Assembly: GCA_963823665.1 (NCBI GenBank)
Contig: CAWGMQ010000003.1
Coordinates: 1-64,000 of the forward strand
DNA length: 64,000 bases
Reading direction: 5' to 3'
From: an uncultured Planctomycetota bacterium
GTDB taxonomy: Bacteria; Planctomycetota; Planctomycetia; Isosphaerales; Isosphaeraceae
Shown here: positions 10,743 to 22,006 of the stretch, in pieces
Numbering within the stretch: position 1 is the first letter of the stretch
Layout: each line of letters begins with the position of its first letter
Program-made: the position numbers and the translations under genes
The notes under the pieces: model-generated
The model's database searches: none
What the model was told of the DNA's origin: nothing
Seen by the model: the letters and a program-made list of their open reading frames with translations, nothing else

Positions 10743-11081
10743 TCAACACCGCAGCGGAGAAAGGCCAGGCGTGCGAGACGTGGTGGTGATCGCCGAGGTC
10801 GACGAACTCAGCGCGTGTGGGAAGACGGCAGGCTCGGAACTGACCTCGTCTTGGAGGTTGCCTGACTCTCCCACGACTATCTTCGGGCGGGCTTTCCAGG
10901 GAATGTAGTGAGTCAATTTCGACGTGCGGAGATGGCCGAACGCCGTTGATCGAACAATCGTGGGATCAAGGCGGAACGGAGCGACCTCGCGGTGAGCCGC
11001 CAGAGCGCTCGATGGCCCTGAGGGCGCAGTGAGCCAAGTCACTAAACTGAGCGCCAAAATCGCCGACCGAACGGCAAACAT
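10743..11081 (-). CDS. Small secreted hypothetical protein
   Basis: Signal-peptide-like N-terminus MFAVRSAILALSLVTWL..ALA. Confidence 0.45.
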   Translation of the reverse strand: MFAVRSAILALSLVTWLTAPSGPSSALAAHREVAPFRLDPTIVRSTAFGHLRTSKLTHYIPWKARPKIVVGESGNLQDEVSSEPAVFPHALSSSTSAITTTSRTPGLSPLRC

Positions 11082-11206
11082 CCCACAGCCCCTGCTGAAA
11101 ACAAACGGCGGTTTCCGACCTGATGGAAGCTTGGTTACACAAATCTAATAAAAGAGTATATCTCGCGCCGCGTATCGCAGCTAGTAGGCATTCCAAATAT
11201 CTTGAT

Positions 11207-11247
11207 GCAGCCTCAAACTCGCCAAAACGCTGGGTGTCTTGAATCCC
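11207..11247 (+). repeat. 140-bp element, right-end-only copy 3 (41 bp)
   Basis: gcagcctcaaactcgccaaaacgctgggtgtcttgaatccc. Confidence 0.9.
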
Positions 11248-11254
11248 ACATACT

Positions 11255-11650
11255 TCAGAGGTCACGGTGACGACGCCAGCGTAGAAGTCGCTCGCAAGCG
11301 GCCTTCGTGGCGTAGAGGGCGGCCAGAAAGAGGACACCGTCGAAGGCCAGGACAAATGGTTCAATGCCGCTGGGATGGAATCGCAGCCCGTGAATGAGGC
11401 AGAAAAAGCATGGGGAGAGGGGCCACCCGCGAAAGAACATAGCCCTCGTGACTGGGTCCAAACCGGGTAGGCTTTCGCCCGCGAAATTCTGTTGCAATGC
11501 GGTCGGCCGCAGATTGGCCCAGATCAAGACGCCGGTCAGCAGAGTCAGGAGGATGGCTGTGGCGGGATGGACGGGATGAGGCCGTCGCGCGGCGCGGACG
11601 AGCGCTAAGACTGCTACCAACCCGATACAGAGGTCGATGAGTGAGATCAT
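11255..11650 (-). CDS. Small membrane protein
   Basis: Three hydrophobic segments and an RGWP motif; stop lies 8 bp from element copy 3. Confidence 0.6.
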   Translation of the reverse strand: MISLIDLCIGLVAVLALVRAARRPHPVHPATAILLTLLTGVLIWANLRPTALQQNFAGESLPGLDPVTRAMFFRGWPLSPCFFCLIHGLRFHPSGIEPFVLAFDGVLFLAALYATKAACERLLRWRRHRDL

Positions 11651-11756
11651 TACCGGGTCGGCATTGGCAGGAGCCGCTCGTAAAACATCTGTCACGCTTT
11701 CCGGGGAAGCTCTATGACCTCCCATCGATGATACCGCGCAAGCGATCGTCTTCATG

Positions 11757-14700
11757 TTAGCTTAGAACGTCCACGGCGGCGCAGGCGGGCCAGCCCCAAC
11801 ACGAACCGGCCGGCGGCTGCGCAGCGCGGGCCGCCAGCATCAGTACGCCGGCGACATACGCTCCCCAGATGAGCGCCTGGTGCCATCCAGACCAATTGTA
11901 ATGCTCGATCGCAGGCTTTGCGTGGCTGACCGCCCAGAGCGTGAGCGTCAAGAGCAGGACGGCCGGGAGCACGGCGCCCGCGACAAGCACACCGATTTTC
12001 TTCCACCGCCGGTGGACGAGGGCCAAGACGAGCGCAACCATGTACGCGACGATCGGCAGGCCGCTCATGGAAAGTAAGGCCACGTAGCGGACAAAACCCC
12101 ACCAAGGTGTCGGCGACGGTTGCAGATTATTGGGAATGAGCGATATCAACGTCGAAGAGCCGGCCATGCTCACAGCGACCACCACCGGCAGCGCGAGGAG
12201 GAGCCGCATGCTCCAAAAACGCCGGCGCGTCGCCAACCACAGTAGCATCACTGGAATGCAGACGTTGACCACTGTCGCACCCATTGCCGCCTGGATCAGC
12301 GGATACTCATAGATCGGGTTTGGTAGAACCCAGAAAAGCCGCCGCTCCCGGCGCGGGTCGTCGTCGAGCGTCGGCGGCCGGGCCGTGACACCGGGCGCCA
12401 CGCGATAATGGCCGTCGGCCGAGGTCGGCATGGCCACACGGCAAATCGCCGTGCCATCGGGGCCAGCCAGCGCGCGGGCCAGGTTCGAGCCGTCGCTTGT
12501 TTTCAAGATTGCGCGGGCCGGGCCGAGCGTCCACATTGGGCGCCCGGTTGCACCGTCGATGCCAAGCGATGGGTTGATGACCACGGTCGAACGTCCCTGC
12601 GCCGGGCAATAGCTCGCGAACCGCCTCACGGGTCGGCAGCGACCACAGCTCGCTCAAGTCGCGCCGGCAAGCGCGCAAAGAGCCGCCGTCGTGAAAGAGC
12701 AGCTCGTCGCGGCCATCGCCGTCGAGGTCTGCGACCCAGAGCCCGGGCAGAGAGCCTTTTTCTAAATCGCGGCCGCTCCGTTCGTGGCCCTGCGCATCGA
12801 GGATCGCCACGCGCCGCCGCCCCGGCGCGACGCCGAAATTGATGCACACGTCCCTGCGCCCAGTGCCATCGAAATTGCCGAGGTGAAGCCGTGGAACGTT
12901 GTCGGGCTCATCTCGGGCGGTGCCGGCCCGCCACGACCAGAGCGGCTTCCCCGACTGGCCATCAAGCGCCGTGACATCGGTCACGCCGATTTCGCCTTCC
13001 CAGGGATTCTCGCTCACGACAACGTCCGGGCATCCGTTCCCATCGACATCGCCGACGGCGAAAGCCGGCGACGCCACGGCATTCGGATCGAACGCATGAA
13101 CCCACCGGGTCTGTCCGTCCGTGAACGACAAGACCCGCAGCTCAGGCGAGCTCGTCCCGAAAACGGCCTTAGCGCGGAGCAGCACGACGATTTCGCGATC
13201 GCCGCTACCGTCGAGGTCCGCAATCTCGTGAATGAAGCCAACGTGCTTATTCGTGCCCCCTTGGTAGTCGGCAAGGAGGACGTCCCAAACCACGTGGCCG
13301 TCGCGTCCGGAAATCCGGGCCAATCGGTGTTGACTATCGACGGGCGTCGGCCCCGGCCCCTTAGGAAGGACAAGCGAGAGGACGTACATCAGGAGTACAT
13401 CGGGCGAGCCGCCGGAATCGCACACGCGGGCGTCGATTCCTTCGATGTTCCGCCCGACAAGCTTCCGCGCGCCCACCGTCGGCGAAATCGCTGTCGACCA
13501 GAGCCGCTTGCCCGTGCGGCCCGAGAGTGCATCCAGCGGCAGCGTGTCGTCGGTCTTTCCGGGCGGCGAGTCCACCCACTTCCTGACGACGAAATCCGCG
13601 GCGCCATCACCGTCCAGGTCGCGTCCAGGAAGGCCCAAAGCCATGAAGCGATAGGCCGATGCCCGATAACCCGGCTTTTCCAAGGCGTCGAGCTGCGTCT
13701 GCCAGAGCAGGCGGCCATCTCGGCCGGAACGGGCGAGAGCTGTCTGGCGATCCATCGGCCGACGAGGCCAGATCGGAGGGGCCTCGAAGTCATCGCTCAG
13801 GAGGTCGCTCATTCCATCGCCGTCAAAATCCCCCGCTGCGTGCAATCCATCGAGGGCACGCCAGGCTTCGGCCGGCTCCGCACGGATCGCCACCAGCTTG
13901 CCGTCGACCGCACCCCATAAATCGGCGAGGCCGTCGCCAGTCAGGTCGGCGACCTTGGGCGAAGTCAGGCCAGGAACGGTGTGCTCTTCGATGCCTGTGG
14001 CAGCCCCGAGCAGGTGGACGACCGGCGGGTCCGGAGGGTAGAAGCGGTACCTCGGGTCTTCTCCGGACTCCTGTTTTCCACCGATCGGCAGCGCAAGCAT
14101 CGGCCAGCCGTCCGATCCGAGGCCCCACCAGAATGCCGAATTGATCGGCGTGGTGTCGGCATTGGTGAGCTCGGTGCGCCAGTGCCAGAGTCTGTGCCCG
14201 CCCTTACCGGAAACCGCGTCGACGTAGATTCGATTCGGCTCCGGCAACTGACCTGGGCGAGCCTGATACGCGCGCTCACCGCTATACCGCGAGACGACTA
14301 CGACGTCGCGGGTCCCGTCGGCATCGAGATCGGGCGCGGTCAGCAGGTGAATCAAGCTACTCGAAGGACCCGACATGTCGTGCCAGAGTGGACAGTCCCA
14401 CCGGGGCTCGCCCGTCGCGCCATCGAGCATGCGGATACCACGGTAGCGCGGCCAACCAGCCGGTCCAAGCGTATCGGAGTTGTGAGCGTAGTCGGGAACC
14501 ACGATCTCGGCGCGGCCATCATTGTCGAGGTCGGCCGCCAGAGGCCAGTCTCTCACTGCCACGGCGGGCTCGGGCTCGTACCAGGCATCCAGCTTCCTGG
14601 CCCACAGACGTTTTCCCCGCGCCGTCGAGAACGCCGCCAGCGTCGGAACGGTCAAGGGCCGATCAAAGGCGCCCTTGGAGCGCTCGAGTGCAAGAACTTC

Positions 14701-17020
14701 CATCACGCCATCGCCGTCGAGGTCCGCATGCTGGATTGGACCAACCGGCGTGAAGCCGAAGTCGATCCACGGACCGAGCAACCGGCCGGTCGCGGGGTCG
14801 AGGCCGTTCCACTTCGATCCATCGACCAGGGCCACGAACGGCCGTTTCGGCTGGAAGACGTACTTGATGCCATCGTCAAAGCTCTCACTCGGAAGTTCCG
14901 CGGGTTTTTGGTCGATCGCGTAACTCCAAAGCTCCTTGCCCGACCCGCCGGACACGGCCACGACAATGCGCCGGCCTGTGAGAATTCGTTCGGTTGGCGC
15001 AGCCCCTCGCATATTCTGGCTCGGCTTGGTTACGAGCGCTGCGGGATCGTCGAAAAAGGCAAATTCCGCGATCAGGTCCATCGTGCCGTCGCCATCAACA
15101 TCGACCGTGGCCGGTGCGCCCACGATCCGGCCAGGCCGACGGTTGTCATCGGCCGAACGTGGCGTCGCCGGTTCGCCGGGATCGGCCGAGTACGTCCAGA
15201 GCAGCGTGCCATCCTCGCCCGACTGAGCCAAAAAAGAAGGCGTCCCGCGAATGGCCCAGACGAGGTCGGCCGTACCGTCGCCATCGAGATCGGGCGTGGG
15301 CTGGACCAGCTCACCCGGTCGTTTTACATCCCCGAAATGAGACAGCCGGCGCAGCGCGGCAACCGGGTCGCGCTCGGGACTCCACGGCCGCGCGGGCCGC
15401 GCGGCGTCCCAGACCGGTTTGCCCGTCGATCCATCACGCCGAATCAAAGTCTCGCCATTCCACTCGATGAAGTCGGCCTTGCCCGGCCTCAACGTGACAG
15501 TTTCGATCACTGATGAAAGTGGGATGGACTCAGCTCCCAGCAAGCGGTTCTCATCAAGCGTCAAGTGGTGAGGCTCGCGTTTCGCCGCGATGGAATGCGA
15601 CCTTATAGGTTTGGCTCAACAGCCCCGCTCCGCGAACGCGCAGGCGGTAATCGCCGGCCGGCAAGGCGATGACGGCGCGAGCACCGACGTCGAATGGGTC
15701 GGTGATGGGCTGATCGCTCCCAGACTCTCTCAGCACTTCAGCCGCGAGCGGCGGGCCATCCGCAGTGAGCTCCAACCGGCCAAGCTGCGAATCCGCATAG
15801 TAGCGCCAGCTTACAAGCGCGGCCGCCATGAGCAGCACCGTTGCCGCCGCGGCGACCGAGGCGCCGGCCAGCGTCTTCTTCCGCTGGCGGACGTAACGTA
15901 CGATCCGCTCGACGACAGGCGTCCGGCGCGCCTGGATTGGCCGCCCTTCGATAACAGCCCGCAGATCGCTCGCCAGCGCCTGCGCAGTCTGATAGCGCTT
16001 GAGCGGCTCCTTGGCCAGGCACGTCAGGATCACCGTCTCGAGGTCTCGCGGCAGGCCAGAGCGAAGCTGTCTCGGCCGCGCGGGCTCTTCGGTCAGGATC
16101 TGGGCGATGACGAGCTGCGGCTCAGCCGGCCCGAACAGCGGCCGGGCCGTCGCTAATTCATAGAGGGTCGCGCCCAGGCTGTAAATGTCGGTCCGGCGGT
16201 CGACCGGCTGCTGGAGCGACGCCGCTTGCTCAGGGCTCATGTACCGCGGCGTGCCCATCAGTGTGCCGTGAACGGTCAGGGTCGCCTCATCCATCCGCTT
16301 GGCCAGGCCAAAATCGGTCAGCCACACCACGCCGTCACCGTCGAGCAGCAGGTTCGACGGCTTGATGTCGCGGTGGATCACCCCGCGCTGGTGGGCATGC
16401 GCCAGCGCCTCGGCGGCCTGGAGGCCCCACGCGGCAACCAGGTCGCACGAGACCGGCTTGCCCGATCGCTGTGATTCAGCCAGAACGTCGGCCAGGCTTC
16501 GGCCCGCGATATACTGCATGGCGTAATAGTGCACGCCGCGCTCGCAGCCGACGGCGAAGATCGGCACGATGTTGGTGTGGTGCAACCGCGCGACCGTCTC
16601 GGCCTCGCGCTGAAAGCGCTGCATCGCTTCTTGATCGGCCACGACGCCAAATCGCAGCACCTTGAGCGCGACCACACGGCGGAGCGGGGTCTGCTCGGCC
16701 TCGTAAACGACACCCATCCCGCCGCGGCCCAGCTCACGGATGATCTGGAACTCGCCCAAGCTCGGCGGGAGATCGGTCGCCGGGCCTGTCGCTTGGTGGA
16801 TGAACTCGATGCCGGCAAGACAGGCTTCGAGCTCCGTCGCCAGCTCGGGATGGGCCTGCACAAGCAGCCGGCGATCGGGGGCCCGACCCGCCTGGAATGC
16901 GGCCATGTAATTGTCCAGAATGCTCGCCAGCTCCCCGGCCGAGTCGGGCGTTGGCGCCGCCTCCAACTCGTCGGGGCCGGTGATCAGAGGCTCGTCTGCC
17001 GTGGCGTCGTGCTCGGCCAT
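11757..17020 (-). CDS. Ser/Thr protein kinase with FG-GAP/PQQ-like beta-propeller repeats and C-terminal TM helices (2 frameshifts)
   Basis: ELGRGGMGVVY, VALKVL, HRDIKPSN, DFG, GTPRYMSPE; many DLDGDG repeats; ORFs 15554-17020, 12307-15564 and 11757-12629 overlap end to end. Confidence 0.9.
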
Positions 17021-17131
17021 CTGCGGCTATTTCCTTGACGGGTTTCACCGTAGCTGTCAAAAGACATCCCCCCATCGATCATAGGGCCGGAAACGGCGTC
17101 GATGTCACGCGAAATCTCCGCGGACTGTCTG

Positions 17132-17176
17132 CATGGCTGCCTCAAACTCGGCAAAACGATGGGTGTATTGAATCCC
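17132..17176 (+). repeat. 140-bp element, right-end copy 4 (45 bp; possible degenerate left part back to ~17058)
   Basis: catggctgcctcaaactcggcaaaacgatgggtgtattgaatccc; upstream aagacatccccc weakly resembles the left arm. Confidence 0.85.
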
Positions 17177-17199
17177 GATCGAGAATCGGCCCGCATCGG

Positions 17200-17733
17200 T
17201 CACGACCGAAATGTTTCGACGATCCCTCCGATTGCGAACCCGGCCGCGATGACGCCCAAGGCGGTGAGGCGGTCGCCGGAGTTTGGATTCGTCAGCGAAT
17301 CCTGGTCGAGGGCTGCAAGCACGATCGGGACCGCAATGAACGACCCGACTACCGCCCCCCGGAAGAACGGCGCGAGGTCCCAACCCCGGGCTTCCTCCAG
17401 CCGCCGGACTGCAACGCCAGCCGCGAGCCCCAGCATCAGACTCAGCGCGGCACCGATCAGATGCTCGATCAACGCAGCCCAATGCGAGCCCGCCGCGATA
17501 CCTCCGAGCGGTCGGAAGTGGTCCAGAGCGATCTGCCGAGCCAGGAAGCCCGAGGCCAGGACGGTGACGACTGCCGTCGCGTAATGGAAGCCCTCCAGCC
17601 GACGCCTCTCGATCACGCCCGTGTAGAACAGCCAGAGGAGGATCGCGACGAGCGGCCCGAACGCCCCCAGGTGCATCGGGAGCATCCTGCGCGTCAGTGC
17701 CAGCCCGACGGCCGCCAACGCCACGGCTGCCAT
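17200..17733 (-). CDS. Multi-pass membrane hypothetical protein
   Basis: About 6 hydrophobic segments; stop lies 24 bp from element copy 4; start uncertain. Confidence 0.6.
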   Translation of the reverse strand: MAAVALAAVGLALTRRMLPMHLGAFGPLVAILLWLFYTGVIERRRLEGFHYATAVVTVLASGFLARQIALDHFRPLGGIAAGSHWAALIEHLIGAALSLMLGLAAGVAVRRLEEARGWDLAPFFRGAVVGSFIAVPIVLAALDQDSLTNPNSGDRLTALGVIAAGFAIGGIVETFRS

Positions 17734-17959
17734 CACCCGGCCGAGGCCTCCACGCCCCTTCCCCCGGCGCTTCCGCGACGTCGGCTTCCCCACGGCGATC
17801 GCCCTCCGGTTCTCCCGCCTCGATACGACCTCAACCGCCTGCGCGTTGCTGCCGATCAGGACCATCGCGACAGGGTCAGCCGCCCTGGACGCCCATGTTA
17901 CAGTTGTCGTACGACAGGCGTCAATGCCTCAGGCCGCGGCTGATTCGCGCGATTCGGGA

Positions 17960-18400
17960 CCCGGAGACCAGGCGAATCTCGTCGCGGCCTTTCAGGCCTG
18001 GACGCTCGACAAAGCGCGGCCGCTGGCCGAGTATCCTGTGGCCCGCGGTGATCTGGAAGCCGACGATCGAAGCGCGGTTGAGGCGCTCGTTACGCGGCAC
18101 CTCAAGAAGCATGACGGCAGCACCGAGAAGAGCCTGGCCGCCATCCCGGCCGGGCCGTCAACCCGGCGACGCGCGATGGCGCTGAGGAAAGGCGGGCTGC
18201 CCAACGACTGGTTCCTGCTGGCCATGGCACTGGCCCGGAAGGGCGAGAAGCAAAAAGCCGTCGAGTGGTACGAAAAGGCGGTCGAGGAAAGGAGGAGATT
18301 GAAAATGACTGTGGATGATGTGTTTCTCTTGTGCTCCGAGGCGGCCCGATTGCTCGGCCTCCCGGCACCGCCCTCGGAGGTTTCTGCCGTTCCAAAATGA
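17960..18400 (+). pseudogene. Remnant of a planctomycete-type Ser/Thr kinase-TPR protein lacking the kinase domain
   Basis: LVAAFQAWTLDKARPLAE..RHLKKH..EKSLAAI (recalled as a pre-kinase N-terminus) is fused to DWFLLAMA..AVEWYEKAV..EAARLLG (recalled as the terminal TPR-like helices). Confidence 0.6.
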
Positions 18401-18609
18401 ATCGTCAGAGTTCTCAAGAACGACTCAACGCTTTGGTCGGATCGACCGGAGCGTCGGAAGGACAATCGCACCGCGGCGGTATCCGGTCGAGTCAGCACTT
18501 TCCGCACCGCCTGCCCCCGATCGGTCGTCATCTGTTGCCAGCCGGCGCGACATACTTGTAAAGCGTCGGCCTTGAGATGCGGACCGCCTTGCAGATCTAC
18601 TCTCTCCTG

Positions 18610-19632
18610 TCAATTGCCCTGTTGAATCCAGGCGGTGATCTTGTCGGCGTCCTTGCGGATGTTTGTCATTAAATCGGCCACGTCATTCGCAAGACTATCG
18701 ATCTTGGAAAGATCGTTCGACCGGCCGTTGGTGAAGTACTGGGAAACCGCTTGAATGACGTTGTCACTTGCACCCACGACAGTCTCGATGTTAGCTACCG
18801 CCGTGTAGCTGTTCGACTTGGCGTACTTCGTGATTTTCTGACCCATCTCCACGAAGTCGCCGCGAGTTTCGTTAATGCCGCTCTGGTTGGAGGTTGGATT
18901 GGCGCTAAACTGCCAATAATCGCTCAATTCCGCATCTTTTGTTACAGCCCGATCTGAATCGGGGCCTTTATAGACTCCGGGACCCTGTTTCTTCGACTTG
19001 TTCGAGAACTGGCCCAGGTAATACTTGGTGAGCGTCACCTGGCCGGTATGAAACGCTCCGAGCATCGAAACCTGGAACAAAGCGTCGTCCCAACCATGGT
19101 GAGGTTGCTCCGGCACCATCGCCCGATACCCTTCCGCCGTATAGATCGCGACAAAATTGGTAGAGACTCTCTGCGTGGGATTCGCTAACACCTCGATGTT
19201 CGACTCCGTGTTTTCCGCGTTGCACGCGCCAAGGATCCGGATCAAGAGCTTGTAGAACTTGGCCACTTCCTCGACATCATCCACTTTCAGGGCTTGCGCC
19301 AAATGATCGAGGTACGTCAGGTCTGACCAATCGCCGACTTCACCTCTTGTCCATCCGTAGCTTCGGCCCCCCACGGATTCTGTCGGGTAATTCACATGAA
19401 TGTTGAAGTTGAACTGGCTGAGCTTCACGGTCACGCCGTGGCCGGCCTTGAGCTCCGACTGGTTGGTCTCGGGACCCTTTGCCTGGGGAGCAAACTTCGC
19501 AATGGTTGGCCCAAGTTGCGAGTGCATTAGCTCGTAGAAGGAGCGCTGGCCTGCGACCGTTTTCAAGTCAATCGTGCGATCCGCCGGCTGGGGAAGCTTC
19601 GGTAGAGTGAAGTCGGTACCCGTCGCAATCAT
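18610..19632 (-). CDS. Hypothetical protein (~340 aa), lower GC
   Basis: Long uninterrupted ORF; AGAGAGG RBS before MIATGTDF; no family recognised. Confidence 0.75.
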   Translation of the reverse strand: MIATGTDFTLPKLPQPADRTIDLKTVAGQRSFYELMHSQLGPTIAKFAPQAKGPETNQSELKAGHGVTVKLSQFNFNIHVNYPTESVGGRSYGWTRGEVGDWSDLTYLDHLAQALKVDDVEEVAKFYKLLIRILGACNAENTESNIEVLANPTQRVSTNFVAIYTAEGYRAMVPEQPHHGWDDALFQVSMLGAFHTGQVTLTKYYLGQFSNKSKKQGPGVYKGPDSDRAVTKDAELSDYWQFSANPTSNQSGINETRGDFVEMGQKITKYAKSNSYTAVANIETVVGASDNVIQAVSQYFTNGRSNDLSKIDSLANDVADLMTNIRKDADKITAWIQQGN

Positions 19633-20036
19633 GATGTGTACCTCTCTGTAAGTAAAACTGACGCGTCGGGCCAAGGAAGAGCTGCGCAACTTCAATGCTT
19701 GCACCTGCGGGTCGGCCGCCTTGGCCATCAGGATGTCGTTGAGCTCCTCGTCGTCGAAGCCGAACATATCCCTCAGTGATTTCCTGGAATGCACCCGCAA
19801 AGTGGATCGCCGCGCAACCAAGTGCCAGTCCTTCGGCGTGCGGTTTGTTGGCGAATTCGTCCCGGCTGGCGGCAAAAAGCGACATCCTACACCCTGTTCT
19901 GGGTGAGAACCAGAGTTTCTGTCTTTCTGCCATTGGGCTGCTCTCTGCGGGAAAGACCCGCCATAAGTCCTGAGGGACCAAGGATAATCCGGCCAGATCT
20001 GAAGACGTGAAATCAGACGGTAGATCGAGCGGTCGA

Positions 20037-20176
20037 GGGAAGCAAGACACCCACCCTTTCGTCGGAAATCAAAGATAAAACCGTGCGGGGAAAGGTGCAG
20101 CCAGACACACATTCTCTCCTAGTGATCCATCCATGGCTGCCTCAAACTCGCCAAAACGCTGGGTGTCTTGAAACCC
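20037..20176 (+). repeat. 140-bp element, full copy 5
   Basis: gggaagcaagacacccaccc...gctgggtgtcttgaaaccc. Confidence 0.95.
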
Positions 20177-20371
20177 AAAACGTGAGAATATGGGATCCAT
20201 CCGGAGAACGGAGAAGGCCTGAGCCGCACAGGGAGATTTTTGCGACCCGGAATGCACTGGCCGTCTTGACAGCCGTTTTACACACCTGGGAATTTATACT
20301 GTGACTGGTGGCACCGTGCGGACCGTTCATGTTCGGCGCCGCGGACACGTCCTCCAAAAAGGCTCAATACG

Positions 20372-21385
20372 ATGAAGTCATCCTGGAACGTGGGCTACGG
20401 CCTGTCCGCGTTAGGGTCGCCGCACGCACTGAAGTTGGCCGGACTTGGCCTGGCCCTGGCCTGCGTTTACCTGCGAAACCCAGCATCAACGTGCGGTGCA
20501 CAGGTGGCCCCCACCGGCCGTCCCGCCGTCGACGCCGGAGCGCTGGACGCGAAGATCATGTCACTCCTCAAGACGCATGGAGACGGCATCAAAGCGAGCG
20601 TCTGGGTCGGGGGTCCGACCGGGACAGCGTGGTACACGTGGCAACCAGACGAAATCCGCCCGACCGCCAGCGCGGTCAAAACCGCGTTCCTCGTCGAGTT
20701 CTTCGCCCGTTACGCGGGCGCGCTGGAGCAAACGCCGCCCCGGCTTGAGGAGGTGCTCCGGGAGGGAAGCCCGGCCTTCCTCCATTACACGCCCGCCGAG
20801 CGGAACGAGGTTCGTCGGGCGCTTTCGGGTGTGTCCGTCCGTAGGCTGGGCCGGGTGATGATGGGCTCAGACCCTGCGAGCGACGTTGTTTACAATGCCG
20901 CGGCCAACGTCGTGACCGCCCTCCTCGGAGGCCCCGAGGAGATCACGAAGGCGATTCGCGCCCGGGACCGTTCGTTCGCCTCGGTCGCCGTGCGCCGCTA
21001 TATGCTCGCGCCCCGGCACGTCACTGGTGACAACGAAGCCACGGCCAGCGCGCTCGCCGCAGTGCTCCAGCGCCTAGCCTCCCGGCGGATCCCAGGCATG
21101 GTCGACGGCAGCATCACAGAAGTCAGGAACGCCCTGCTCGTTACGGACCTTCATGGGGGCCGCTACCATTTCAAGCACGGCGACCTGAACTCCGACCCGC
21201 TGGCCCGCATCCGTAGCGGCTGGCTGGACCTGGCCGGCGGCCGCACCGTCGTCTGCGTCGTCATGGTCACACAACCGAACCCCGGTTCCCGGCCCCGCGA
21301 GGAGGCTGGCGAGCGTCTGGATAGGACCGCCCAGCGCATCACCGGTAGCGTCCTCGACACTGTGCTGACCGGGAACAAACCCTGA
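20372..21385 (+). CDS. Serine hydrolase, class A beta-lactamase-like fold
   Basis: RPTASAVKTAFL (SxxK), DNEATA, FKHGD (KTG-like). Confidence 0.75.
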   Translation: MKSSWNVGYGLSALGSPHALKLAGLGLALACVYLRNPASTCGAQVAPTGRPAVDAGALDAKIMSLLKTHGDGIKASVWVGGPTGTAWYTWQPDEIRPTASAVKTAFLVEFFARYAGALEQTPPRLEEVLREGSPAFLHYTPAERNEVRRALSGVSVRRLGRVMMGSDPASDVVYNAAANVVTALLGGPEEITKAIRARDRSFASVAVRRYMLAPRHVTGDNEATASALAAVLQRLASRRIPGMVDGSITEVRNALLVTDLHGGRYHFKHGDLNSDPLARIRSGWLDLAGGRTVVCVVMVTQPNPGSRPREEAGERLDRTAQRITGSVLDTVLTGNKP

Positions 21386-21498
21386 CCGAGCCAATCTGGC
21401 GGAGAATTTTTTCCAGCGAGGCCTGAATCGCCGACCGACCAGGTCGAGCGACCCGGAGGCTACGCTGTTGACCTCGCCATCCCTGCCTCCAGTCGCGT

Positions 21499-21684
21499 GG
21501 GAAGCAAGGAAGCAAGACACCCACCCTTTCGTCGGGGGAAGCAAGGGAAGCAAGACACCCACCCTTTCGTCGGGAATCAATGATGAAACCGTGCGGGGAA
21601 GGGCGCGGCTAGACGCCCATGCTCTCTGAGTGATCCATCCATGGCTGCCTCAAACTTGCCAAAACGCTGGGTGTCTTGAATCCC
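21499..21684 (+). repeat. 140-bp element, full copy 6 (21545-21684) preceded by a reiterated left end
   Basis: gggaagcaa + ggaagcaagacacccaccctttcgtcgg + gggaagcaa, then the full copy. Confidence 0.95.
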
Positions 21685-22006
21685 CGCCACGAGTTACGTC
21701 CTACGGGGTATCTCGTGTCCTGATCACGAGCAGGGTGGGGATAGCTTGAGCTTGGGGAGGATTCGCGGGCAAGGTCGTTGAGGCTTGGCACCGCATGATG
21801 TTCTGGGATCGACGGGGATCTGGGCGAGATGATCGGTCGCGCTTCAATCGTTAAACTCGCGCGAGATCGGGAAGGTCGGGCGGCACCCGGGGGGTGAGGC
21901 GAACAGAACTGGACGACTGCCGGTTAAGTTTGAAAAGGATCGAGGATTTTGCCGATCATATTAGTTGATTTGTTGGTGCGGTCGATGATGGCCTCGAACC
22001 GGCAAG

